Source of the DNA: Eledone cirrhosa
Lineage: Eukaryota
Assembly (NCBI GenBank): GCA_964016885.1
Contig: OZ024741.1
Coordinates: 379,254,001 to 379,318,000 of the forward strand
Reading direction: 5' to 3'
DNA length: 64,000 nucleotides
The translations under genes and the position numbers were made by a program. Below are positions 1 through 11,560 of this stretch, piece after piece (position 1 is the first letter of the stretch; each line of letters starts with the position of its first letter). The notes beneath the pieces were generated by a model. That model was not told the DNA's origin, made no database searches, and saw only the letters and a program-made list of their open reading frames with translations.

Positions 1-99
1 AGATATTTAACTGAGTGCTATTGTTAAGAAAGGGGCAGGTTAATATAACTAGTAACTTCTCACATAACATTCCATTGCATTATTTTTTATTCTTGTAGG

Positions 100-265
100 G
101 CGCATGGTTTGGCAGTACCGGTAATGGGTCGGACGCCATGATTTGTAGCATAGAGTTACGGTCATTTAGGATCTGAGTTCAAAACCCGCCGAGGTTAATT
201 TCTCTTTCATCCTTACGGAGTGGGTAAAATAAAGTACCAGACACACACCGGGGTCGATTTAATCG
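100..265 (+). mobile_element. tRNA-derived SINE copy
   Basis: A-box-like TGGCAGTACCGG, B-box-like GAGTTCAAAACC and body (TTTCATCCTTACGG...TAAAATAAAGTACCAG) shared with copies at 750-940, 20716-20902 and 56935-57117; a more decayed copy follows at ~283-437. Confidence 0.7.
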
Positions 266-749
266 TCATTCCACTCCGCTTTACGTTCGAGGTTCAAATC
301 TTATCGTGGTGAAACTTGCTGTTCATATTTCCTAGATCAGTAAAATATAGTAACAATCAAGTGCTCTGGTGTATTTAATGTATTCTGAAGTTACTACAAA
401 TTTGGCCGATCTTGTGCATAAATTAGAAATAATTATTATTTGGGAAGAGAAACGTGGAATGTAAATAAATTAATCATATTTTTTTATGCTATGTTATCTA
501 TTGATACTATTTTGAAAGCGTTGCCATAAACGATGATTAATATGCAAATACAACGGAGCGGAGTATCCACAATATATCATTGAAGATCAAAGAGTAATGT
601 AAATCGGTTTTAGAAGTGGCAGTAGTCAGTTAAATCGCAGTAATGAGTTAAATTGCAGTAATGAGTTAAAAATAAAGCAGCGCTTATAAACATATGTGTA
701 CATCATATGGTCCTAAGGATCAATCCTGTCTACCCTAGAGATATGGTAA

Positions 750-940
750 ATAATTGTTTCTACTTTTGGTACAAGGCCAGCAATTACCCAGTGCATTACT
801 GGTACTTTATTGTATCGACCCCGTAAGGATGAAAGGCAAAGTTAACCTCGGAGGGATTTGAACTCAGACCATAAAGGACAGTAATTCTACGTTGCAAAGC
901 ATGGTGTCCGACTCTCTAACGATACTGCCAATCCACTGCC
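750..940 (-). mobile_element. tRNA-derived SINE copy
   Basis: Reverse complement of the SINE at 20716-20902 (GAGTTCAAATCCC, CATCCTTACGGGGTCGATA, GGTAATTGCTGGCCTTG). Confidence 0.8.
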
Positions 941-1061
941 CTGGTGGTTAATAATACTGAGTAATTAGCTGCTGGTGCAATGCATTTATTTACTATCACA
1001 CAGAAACAAACACACAGACACACAAACTCACAAGCGCGCAAGCACATATACTGTTGACATG

Positions 1062-1064
<3 letters not shown>

Positions 1065-1121
<57 letters not shown>

Positions 1122-1215
1122 AACCAGTAAGACCCCTATTACCCACTCTACTACCTCAAGTATTGAGTACTTTGGTGCGTTATGGTCCACCTGGTTCCTT
1201 ACCACATTTCCTTCG

Positions 1216-1269
<54 letters not shown>

Positions 1270-1440
1270 GAGCATATTTGGAAACTCGACTTCGTAGAAT
1301 CGAGACATATCCGAGGATCTTGCGATTCAGAGCCATGTCTGATCATTGCATCGATCGTGCCTCGAGCTGGTCGCCACAGAAACGATTGTAATATGTCTAA
1401 TACATCTTATTCGTCGCACCACTGATTCACCGTTTCTTAT

Positions 1441-1492
<52 letters not shown>
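1065..1492. repeat. Three (TA)n tracts separated by short inserted elements
   Basis: (TA)n at ~1065-1118, 1218-1262 and 1445-1492. Confidence 0.95.
1304..1397 (+). ncRNA. Type I hammerhead-ribozyme-like motif, CCGAGGA core variant
   Basis: Stem I GACATAT/ATATGTC; CCGAGGA; long stem II (GCGATT..GGTCGC); GAAAC-GATT-GTA; related copy at 49402-49496. Confidence 0.6.
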
Positions 1493-1495
<3 letters not shown>

Positions 1496-3044
1496 GCGCA
1501 AATAATAGCGCAACTAATCAGAGAGAGAATTGACCTAGATGAAATGCAGTTCGGGTTTGTGTCAGGAAAAAGTACCACAGACGCTCTTTTCATTGTACGT
1601 CAACTACAGGAGAAGAACCTAGCTAAAGGTAAACCCCTCTACTTAGCTTTTGTCGACTTGGAGAAAGCCTTCGACAGAGTCCCCCGTTCCATTATCTGGT
1701 GGGCCCTTGAAAACTAGGTGTCGACGAATGGCTTGTGAGAGCTATACAAGCCATGTATAAAAACAGTCAGCAAGGTTAGAATTAACAACGAATATAGTGA
1801 AGAGTTTAGCGTAAAAGTTGGCGTCCATCAGGGCTCTGTTCTTAGCCCCCTACTATTTATTATTGCCCTTCAGGCTATAACAGAGGAGTTAAAGACCGGC
1901 TGCCCATGGGAACTCCTATACGCAGACGACCTGACCCTCATAGCTGAATCAATGGCCGCGCTAGAGAAGAAATTCCAAACATGGAAGCACGGCCTAGAAT
2001 CAAAAGGCCTTAACATTAACCTGGCTAAGACTAAAGTTCTAGTTTGTAGGAAAGAAAATAAGGCGGCGGTCCCTTCCGGGAAATGGCCATGTTCAGTGTG
2101 TAGGAAAGGCGTAGGTAGAAACTCCATTGTATGTCCCAAATGCAAAGTATGGGTGCATAAAAGATGTAGTGGGATCACAGGTAAGCTAACTAAGAACTTA
2201 GATTTTACATGTGGGCGGTGTTCTGGTGCAATAGGTAGCAGCGAGTGCCCACAAAATACTAACTCTTTCAATTGCGCAGAGGGCTCTATAGAAATAGTGG
2301 ACAGCTTCCGTTACCTGGGTGACAAAATCAGCATTGGGGGAGGGTGCTCCGAAAGTACAGTAGCTAGAGTCAGAACTGGATGGAAAAAGTTCAGAGAGCT
2401 TATACCACTATTAGCCGCTAAAGGGTTCTCCCTAAAAATGAAAGGCAGGTTGTATGATGCCTGCATACGAACAGCAATGTTGCATGGCAGTGAGACCTGG
2501 GCATTGTGCGCAGAGGATATATGCAGACTAGAGAGGAACGAAGCTTGCATGCTCCGCTGGATGTGTAATAGTAATATACGTGAACGGCAAAGCATAAACG
2601 AACTAAGGAAAAAATTAGAAATAAGAGGGATCAGATGTTGTTTACTCGAGAGAAGGTTACGTTGGTATGGTCACGTGATGCGCATGAAGGACGATAGCTG
2701 TATAACAAAGTGCAGGGCAATAAAGATAGACGGTAGCCACGGAATAGGCAGACCTAGAAAATCCTGGGATGAGCTGATAAACTCCGACCTCACACACTTA
2801 CACCTCTCCAAGACAATGTCACTGGACCGAGACCTTTGGCGGTACTCAGTAATAGAGAAGACCCGCCTTACCTAAATACATAGTAAAACCTACTACAGCC
2901 AGTAGGCATCTCTAACAAAATACACCCCCATTCCACCACCCACACCCCCATCCACACCACCCCCTCCTATGTAAAGTTATGTTGGTGCCACAACATCCAG
3001 GCCGAAACAAATGAGATCGTGTAGGTGTCACGACAAAAAAACAC
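1493..3044 (+). mobile_element. 5'-truncated RTE-clade LINE
   Basis: QFGF..KSTTDALF..QEK, VDLEKAFDRVP, GVHQGSVLSPLLF, LYADDL, FRYLG, HGSETW, LRWYGHVMRM, GRPRKSW; frameshifts near 1710-1770; directly follows (TA)n. Confidence 0.9.
1952..2875 (+). pseudogene. C-terminal part of RTE reverse transcriptase ORF with an inserted PHD-like Cys/His finger
   Basis: 307-aa ORF; CSVC...CPKC.VWVHKRC...CGRC lies between NLAKTKV and FRYLG. Confidence 0.85.
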
Positions 3045-3170
3045 ACGGATTATGAGTTCATGCAATTGACTTCGGTTTCGTCAATATATATGTATATATA
3101 TATATATATATATATACATATATATTGACGAAACCGAAGTCAATTGCATGAACTCATAATCCGTTATTTG

Positions 3171-3224
3171 CTGCTATATATTTTTCGCCGATAGCCTTTG
3201 AATGGCTATGACCTCATCAGGCAG
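3171..3224 (-). ncRNA. Minimal type I hammerhead ribozyme (PLE terminal region)
   Basis: Minus strand CTGC-CTGATGA-GGTC-ATAGCC..GGCTAT-CGGC-GAAA-AATATA-TA-GCAG; same family as 18754-18808. Confidence 0.75.
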
Positions 3225-3518
3225 TTAGTCAGTTGTTAGATATGCCAGCTCTGTGTTTATGCCGTCTAGATCAACTTAGACCTTCATCCATTTATATACG
3301 ATAAAAAAAATAGGGTCGACTCATCCTTTTGAAGAAATCCATTGTCTAGACCTGGAGAGGAGCGGTGCTCCAACAGGTTTTTGAAATATTTTTATAACGC
3401 CAGACATCAATAGTATTGTGTTCCGGTGATTCTCTTTGGTGTTTCGTGTCCCTGCAATTATATATACATATATGTGTGCGGTATGGTGGTGTGCCTGTCT
3501 GAGTGTGTATATTTACAC

Positions 3519-3574
<56 letters not shown>

Positions 3575-3831
3575 AAATATATACCATTTCCTCCCCCCAA
3601 TTTGCATAATTAACCATATAAAAAAAATCAATTAGACCAGGCCCTAATAATAAAGGCTCCTATGAAGAAACTTTCGACATATAACCGAAAGCGGCCTCTT
3701 CGCAGTGACCCCAATAGAGTATTTATCCAACATTTCAACAGCATGTAGAAACTGACTTAATATACAGTCAACCATACACAATTAGGTGTAAATTTAAACT
3801 TAGAAGAAACGTGTACATACCGTAATTATAT

Positions 3832-3905
3832 CTCTACAATAGTTTCGTCCGTATTTAAAGAATCCTATTGTTAGGATATATCCAGAGTAACAGACTCATC
3901 AGGAG
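3832..3905 (-). ncRNA. Type I hammerhead ribozyme with extended stem II
   Basis: Minus strand CTC-CTGATGA-GTCTGT...ACGGAC-GAAAC-TATT-GTA-GAG. Confidence 0.75.
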
Positions 3906-4249
3906 GAAACCCAAGATTGGACAGTTAATTTTCCAAAGCGATCGCGCCAAAAATAGATTTAAAAAATGGCTAAGAATCGTGGCGTAGCAGTGGTCAAGTA
4001 AGAAAGAATGTGATTAGTTGCTTACGGCGGGTAGGCTTGTTGCTAGAAAGCGCAGCTCAATATCGCCCTATTGTATCTCAAGCTAACGGGAGATTATTAA
4101 ATATAAATATTTACATATACATAAATTCATAGATATATATGTGGCAACCGGAGAAAACTCAAGATTGGACAGTTAATTTTCCAAAGCGATCGCGCCAAAA
4201 ATAGATTAAAAAATGGCTAAGAATCGTGACGTGGCAGTGGTCAAGTAAG
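3902..4249. repeat. ~100-bp direct repeat (3902-4002 / 4150-4249), pLTR-like partial tandem
   Basis: CAAGATTGGACAGTTAATTTTCCAAAGCGATCGCGCCAAAAATAG... occurs twice; the first copy abuts the HHR. Confidence 0.85.
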
Positions 4250-4287
<38 letters not shown>

Positions 4288-4293
4288 GAGTTA

Positions 4294-4431
<138 letters not shown>

Positions 4432-4538
4432 AAGGAAAAGCAAAGTAGTTTCGCTTCTCCTTGTTCGATATTTACTCCGTCACTCCTGTGTGGAAAAAAT
4501 ACGTTGAGTGCTTGAATTGAATTGCATCAATGTTTACC

Positions 4539-4581
<43 letters not shown>

Positions 4582-4628
4582 AATGAATAATAACAGGTAG
4601 ACATCATAAAAAGGTAATTTATTCCGTG

Positions 4629-4740
4629 TGCTTACAAGTGTTTCCACGGTGGTACTGCAGCCTAGTTATGCTACATGCAAATTCACAAGTACTTGCAGAT
4701 CGCAAATATCCAATGCTGTGACCACTGTTTCCTCAGAGCA
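4629..4740 (-). ncRNA. Type I hammerhead ribozyme (left arm)
   Basis: Reverse complement of 7115-7226. Confidence 0.7.
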
Positions 4741-5306
4741 GAGTGGTAAAATGTACAATGTAAGTACCCTTAAGTGGGGTTGTTGGGGAAGATAGAGTAG
4801 AAAAGGAAGAGAGAAAAGTAGGGAAGAGGGAGAGAGAAAGAAAGATATGCAGGGGTTGGAGAAGTAGGAGAGAGTGGCTTGTAGATATCTTAATCAAAAT
4901 GTTATGGTAGGGGTTTTATTATACTGGTTACTTTTGGAGAGATGCGTTGATAGTTAAGGTCGGAATTATTTATTTCCCCAGAGGGCAGGTTCATAGATGT
5001 TGAGAGGGAGGTAGGCCAAAGGCGAGAGAGAGAGAGTGTAATGGATGTAGAGAGAGATAGGTAGAGATGGGACAGACGAAGTTTGTGTGGTGAGTGAACT
5101 TTGGGTTTGTAGTAGTAATCTAGGAATTGCACTGAGTTACCATGTATAGTGATAAGCAGTGTATTGTCTTGTAATGTGGGGGGAAGAGATGGTTGTTAGC
5201 TAGAAAGCGGTGTTATAGTTATGGGTTCGAATGTTAAGTTATTTTATAGTGAGAGAATTTAGCTTTTAGTTTGTGGTTGCAGTATAATGATCGTTCAATT
5301 CTATCG

Positions 5307-5615
5307 TTAAGTAGTTTGTTTTAATATGTAAAAGAGGTTACATAACCTGCAGTACTTCAATCCACTCCGATATGCACTTGCGTTCGAAAGTATATCCCAT
5401 TTTAAAGTGAACTGTTGGTTGTGTTCACGTAGTTGCCAGGTCTTGTTGGCGAGCGTGGTCACAACACGGTGATTCGGATGTTTGATTGAGAATCGATGAC
5501 GGTACCAGCGAGATTTAAACGATGTGGTGGTAGATCCGATATAATACCATTTCTGGTCGTTCGATTCAACCGTGCATTGGTAAACAATGTTGGACTTTAG
5601 GCATTCATTCTTCAA
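5307..5615 (-). pseudogene. PLE GIY-YIG endonuclease domain (left arm)
   Basis: IVYQCTV..YYIGSTTTSFKSRWYRH...CRLC. Confidence 0.85.
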
Positions 5616-6253
5616 TGGACATCTTTCAGGTAGATGGTAGTTACATTCTTTGTTGTGGGTAGCGGGTATACCATGGATAGGTTGTGATAGCAGTACAGGT
5701 GGGTTGTGTAATACCCGTCTCCCATTTAGTGGTTGGGAGGCAGATATTGCGTTCTGCCCATCTGTTACTGAAATGTTTTGTTTTGTAGAGTTGTTTAATT
5801 GCCTTAAGTTAAGTTTTTTTATGTATGCTTCAAGGTTTAGTGCCGTGGAGTATGATAGTCTAATAGTTTTAGAGAAAGTATATCTGGTACAATCCTATTT
5901 TTAATGCCTCGATTAGTACAAAACTATCTCTTTCATTCTTTAAGTTAATCAACAAACACTTCCCTAATTCCCATAAATACAGCAAAATTCTGAACTCTAA
6001 AACTATTAGACTATCATACTCCACGGCACCAAACCTTGAAGCATACATAAAAAAACTTAACTTAAGGCAATTAAACAACTCTACAAAACAAAACATTTCA
6101 GTAACAGATGGGCAGAACGCAATATCTGCCTCCCAACCACTAAATGGGAGACGGGTATTACACAACCCACCTATACCGCTATCACAACCTATCCATGGTA
6201 TACCCGCTACCCGCAACAAAGAATGTAACTGCCATCTACCTGAAAGATGTCCA

Positions 6254-6562
6254 TTGAAGAATGAATGCCTAAAGTCCAACATTGTTTACCAATGCACGGT
6301 TGAATCGAACGACCAGAAATGGTATTATATCGGATCTACCACCACATCGTTTAAATCTCGCTGGTACCGTCATCGATTCTCAATCAAACATCCGAATCAC
6401 CGTTTTGTGACCACGCTCGCCAACAAGACCTGGCAACTCCGTGAACACAACCAACAGTTCACCTTAAACAGGGATATACTTTCCAGCGCAAGTGCATATC
6501 GGAGTGGATTGAAGTACTGCAGGTTATGTAACCTCTTTGACATATTAAAACAAACTACTTAA
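6254..6562 (+). pseudogene. PLE GIY-YIG endonuclease domain (right arm)
   Basis: Same motifs, preceded by the CNCH...CPLKNECL Cys linker. Confidence 0.85.
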
Positions 6563-7114
6563 CGATAGAATTGAACGATCATTATACTGCAACCACAAAC
6601 TAAAAGCTAAATTCTCTCACTATAAAATAACTTAACATTCGAACCCGTAACTATAACACCGCTTTCTAGCTAACAACCATCTCTTCCCCCCACACTACAA
6701 GACAATACACTGCTTATCACTATACATGGTAACTCAGTGCAATTCCTAGATTACTACTACAAACCCAAAGTTCACACACCACACAAACTTCGTCTGTCCC
6801 CTCTCTACCTCCATTACACACTCTCTCTCTCTCCTTTGGCCTATCTCCCTCTCAACATCTATGAACCTGCCCTCTGGGGCAATAAATAATTCCGACCTTT
6901 ACTATCAACGCATCTCTCCAAAAGTAACCAGTATAATAAAACCCCTACCATAACATTTTGATTAAGATATCTACAAGCCACTCTCTCCTACTTCTCCAAC
7001 CCCTGCATATCTTTCTTTCTCTCTCCCTCTTCCCTACTTTTCTCTCTTCCTGTTCCACTCTATCTTCCCCAACAACCCCACTTAAGGGTATTTACATTGT
7101 ACATTTTACCACTC

Positions 7115-7226
7115 TGCTCTGAGGAAACAGTGGTCACAGCATTGGATATTTGCGATCTGCAAGTACTTGTGAATTTGCACGTAGCATAACTAGGCTGCAG
7201 TACCACCGTGGAAACACTTGTAAGCA
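7115..7226 (+). ncRNA. Type I hammerhead ribozyme with ~85-nt stem II
   Basis: TGCT-CTGAGGA-AACAGTGGT...ACCACCGTG-GAAAC-ACTT-GTA-AGCA. Confidence 0.7.
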
Positions 7227-8039
7227 CACGGAATAAATTACCTTTTTATGATGTCTACCTGTTATTATTCATTATTTATATACACTCCGGAATACTGAAG
7301 GATCAGGAACTAAGTTTCTTCAACAATTCTTCCATAACTCGTAGAGTAACCTCTTACCGTACGTCAACCATATCCAGTGTAGTAATTAACCATTACTACA
7401 TCTTGGATAATCCTATACCTAATATATATATATATATATATATTAAGCACCGATTCTTTGCTTAAACTTCAATCTGTTATTTTAATAAATATTTGCTCTA
7501 TGGTTCTTATGTATTTGATATATATATTTATTCTTATCGTGTCCTCTTGGAATCTTAGTCTTCATGTTTATTATTATTGCTATATATATATATAGATATG
7601 TATGTCTGTGTGTATGTGTGTGTATGTGTGTGGGTGTACATGTGTGTGCATGTATGCGTACGTGTATGTATGTTAACATTGTTAGTCGTGTTTATTTTAA
7701 CAGATACATGTACTGTTCAAGCGTGTACCTGAGCGCATACACAATAAATGGCGTTTATTCCAAGTACTGTTTTATTCGATAAGAATGTGTACAATTACAT
7801 GCTCCAGCCTGATTATTTCCCAATGACTAAAACTAGTAAAACATAAAGCCTTGTATTAGCCACTGTATAATAATCCATTATTTAGTATTAAACAAATTTA
7901 ATAATTAAATAGTAACAAGAGTGGAATTTCTTCACGCATTTTCCATCGAAACCTGGCATGTTGTTAACCACATGACTGTAAAATGTTTGAATCCAAAAAT
8001 ATTGATCTTGTATATACTATAATCCTATAGAATCAGATG

Positions 8040-8063
8040 TGATTATTATCCTCATCATTATTC

Positions 8064-8095
<32 letters not shown>

Positions 8096-8197
8096 TTCTT
8101 CTTCTTCTTCTTCTTCTTCTTCTTCTTCTTCTTCTTCTTCTTCTTCTTCTTCTTCTTCTTCTTCTTCTTCTTCTTCTTCTTCTTCTTCTTCTTCTTC
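8040..8197. repeat. (ATC)n/(TTC)n microsatellite, probably the (GAA)n tail of the adjacent RTE
   Basis: Direct reading; lies at the 3' end of the minus-strand RTE. Confidence 0.9.
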
Positions 8198-8785
8198 ACC
8201 CACTTATTCCTGAGATGGTCATGGACCCAGAGTCCTCAAACATCGCTTCCAGTGGGTCTGTCAGAAGCAACCGTCTCCAACTGATCCTATTAGATTTTAT
8301 CCAAACATCTTGCTCGGCCTCTATCCCGGGGTCTTCTGCTGGCTGGTGTTGCACTTAAAATCTGACCAGCAATAATTTCCTTAGACATTCTAGCAACATG
8401 TCCATTGTATCATAGTGGTAACCTCTCTATTCGGAGATGTAGATAAGCTACCTGGGGTGACTCGCTGATCGCCGAGCTACGCACGCTTTCGAGTAAATTA
8501 CTACAAAGATCCTTCGCGGGTGCGCCATTTCGGCCGCTTGTATTCGCGATCGTATTCTTTCGGTCATTACCCAAGATTCATGGCCATAGTTAAGAGTTGG
8601 CACGGATACAGAAATGAAGAAAGCCAGTTTGGTTTTTACACCTACCTCCTTTCTTTAGATTATTGAATGGTCGAACTGTCGCATTACTTCTCTGGTTCCT
8701 GCAATACCTGCACTTAATTCAGCCTCCTGCCTTCCACCACTTGTTAATACAGTCCCGAGATACTAAAGGTTTCGTCTTCGAAAAG
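8198..8785 (-). mobile_element. Degenerate RTE-clade LINE 3' fragment
   Basis: Minus-strand remnants F*YLG, LNYGHESWVMT, YNGHVARMS, RRPRDR. Confidence 0.7.
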
Positions 8786-8789
8786 AAAA

Positions 8790-11560
8790 ATAATCATTGA
8801 CGTAGTACGATACAAACGTTGAACCAGCTTTCACGTGACAGCACGTCATACATTGAGAAGAACGGCACCATCCCCACCAACACCACCACCACCACAATCG
8901 TGAATAATATCGTTACTCTCAGCACAACAGACGTAACAAGTAAAGGAAACAACATCAGCAACAACAACAACACTAACAACGATGAAAACAAAAACAACAA
9001 CGACATGTGAACACCGATACCAGTTACAACAGCAACAATGACAAAATCAGCACCACCAACAACAACACCAACACAAACACCAACAACTACAAAGACAACA
9101 CAACCAACAACGATGTCACCAGCAACAGAAGCGACAACGGCAACACGAACACGGAAAACAATTAGTTTGCTGCTGCAGTAGCAAAAAGGGCTTGTTTGAC
9201 AATGGACCCAGAGTCAAATAGATAACACTTTGGTCATACTTCACAATAGATCCCTAGGGAAGTAGATTAAACGTTGGACCATATGTGGAAGCTCATTAAA
9301 CAACAGCAAACCTGTGCAATCTTATCCGTCCTTGCAGAAGACATAGAAGCAGGGAGGAAGCGAAAGGTGACAGTTAGATACATTTTAGTGCAGACTCACA
9401 AAGCGGTGATCACTCCGCAAGCTGAAGTTGAAGCTAAGCTGTAATTCAACACTGATGACAGCGCGTACATAGTGAGTGACTGACAATACGGCACCATCTC
9501 GCTGCTGTTTAAATCAGAAGACCTCGCAGTCAAACACTCGGTGATCTTTACCAAAACCAGCAACGTCATTATATACGCCTCCCACATAGTAAAAATAACA
9601 ATTCGTGATCGCATTTCCAGAATTCTACTAGGACTAGGCTTGTGTCGGCTTTTGAGATGAATGATAAAGGAAGGGATAGATGGCGGCCCGATCAAGGTGA
9701 CTAGAAACGCCTGGCAGGTAGTTCCAGTGTTGACTTGGGGATACTATTCCAAATCAGGCTCGAGGTCTTTAGAAAAAAATCAAGACCACATCAGTCTCCA
9801 GAACGGGATTGCACTGCAGGTAAGGACCGAGGGCAGAAGCCGCACTGATTTGTTTGCGGCGAAACAACGCATGTGTGATCCTTCTACCATCAGCTCTAAA
9901 TTGCAAGGAGTGCAACAACAACACAATCCCTGAAACGCAAACAACAATAACAAAGACAAAAACGAGTCCCTCACTGTGTACTTGGAAGATGGCCCAACCT
10001 GAATTTCATGAACCACATAATGTTATCTAGACCGTATTAAAATTGGTGTTGTAATTAGGTCAACAGATAAGGAAGTAGAGTTTGACTACATCTGTAAACG
10101 GTTGGCAGTTGAGAACACAATTTTGTAATACGGATATTCCACCTAGATATAACAAGCAGGTTACGAGTTGGTTACTGGAAGTTGAAGTTGTCGTTCTGCC
10201 ACGCGAAGACAAAAGGTACTGGGTCAATAATATAGTTAAGTAAAATTTGACAGGTGTGGTCGTCAACAGCAGGTGTTGAAGGGCTCTCAAAGGAGGTCTT
10301 AGAGTAATGTCCTTAGATTTTAATGTAGCGTTAGAGAAAAAAGGAAAGTAGGAGGTGGTAGCTAAATTAGACGAGGTGTTTTGAGTGCGAACGGCGAAAA
10401 TGGAATTTGACAAGTTCTTCTATGCGAAACACTAAGGTTGCAAAGTTAGAAGCTAAGGGGCGTGCTCAAATAAACGAGGGAAACAAAGCTGTACGATGGG
10501 AAAATGTACAGAGGTGCAGTGTGGTAATAACAAAAATAATTCAGTATTTGACAGAACGAAACGATCGTGAGTAATTCCAATCAGATGTGTGAAGCCTTTT
10601 GCCACCACTTTGCTCAGCCTTTCAGAGGGTGTGAGTGACCAGAGGGTTTAGCGGATTTCAGTACCTAGCTGGATAACCTATGCGTTACTCGCCAGCCGAC
10701 GTTGACCGTTAGGAAAGGCCGATTATTTCAGCTGAGATCCGGGGTGCACTAGCCGCCTGCACGAAGCGCATATCACTGAGTTTGGTAGCTCTGCCCTAAA
10801 AGCTTTACGTAGATATGCCAGATTTGTTCTCTGATTTCCTCGAAATGCTCTACTGTAACTGGCAGCACATAGGGAGAATTCCCAGTGCTGTGAGACGGGG
10901 CGCAGTGAGGCTGATAAGGAAAGGCGAGAACAACAGTTATAAGTGTGCTAAATAAATCGTTGCGAAGAGATTGGCGCTTGTCGTCGAGGATTTAGTAGAG
11001 GTACCACGCAATTGCGCAATTCTGACCAGATTCATTCAGGATAAACTCCACTTCACGAGATACATCATAGAGAAGGTAGAGTGTTAATCTTGCTTCAGTT
11101 GAGCTGTGATCAATTTAGTTCAAACGATAGGGTCAAACATCGATATCTGCAGGCTGTGCTCAAGGCAGATCCTTTCGTTCTTGTCTTCAGATGAAGGATC
11201 CCTGAAAAGCGCAGCGTCATCTGCACGGTGGTTTTAGTTAATGGCCATTTTCGGAGCCGCCTCGGATCTCAAGATCGGTCCGCCATGGGTGCCTTCTCTA
11301 CTTCCTTCTGTACACATTGATTTTCAATCCTTTACAAAGGAAGTTGGAGCTGTTACGTGAAATCCCGCTTGAATCGTAACGTGTGAAGGCTTTGTCAGGT
11401 TATCCGGATGACATCACCATGATGGTGTCGAATATCTCGGAAATTGAGGTGGTCGACACCTTCTTGGAGTAATATGAACTGTTGATGGGGACGGGGGTGG
11501 GGGTGGTAGGCAAAACTAAATGCGAAAAAGTCAGTAGGGTTACGGCTGTGTACCTGGAGA
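8790..11560 (+). mobile_element. Highly degenerate Tx1-type LINE (ORF1 plus partial ORF2)
   Basis: Nucleotide similarity to the Tx1 copies at 25-37 kb (e.g. GCGAAGAGATTGGCGCTTGTCGTCGAGGAT, TACTGTAACTGGCAGCA, GYPDD at the YADD site; T/N-rich ORF1 start, YGTISLLFK). Confidence 0.75.

Larger units (their letters stand above)
4579..7275. mobile_element. Penelope-like element 3' part as a ~1.3-kb inverted pair (arms 4579-5874 and 5995-7275)
   Basis: Arms are near-identical reverse complements, each with a GIY-YIG ORF and a terminal HHR; the spacer region encodes upstream PLE sequence (FLKLINKHFP..HKYSKILN); (TA)n on the left. Confidence 0.92.

Noticed and set aside
4579-7275. DNA transposon with long TIRs
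   Set aside because: Arms encode PLE GIY-YIG and HHR; no transposase or TSD
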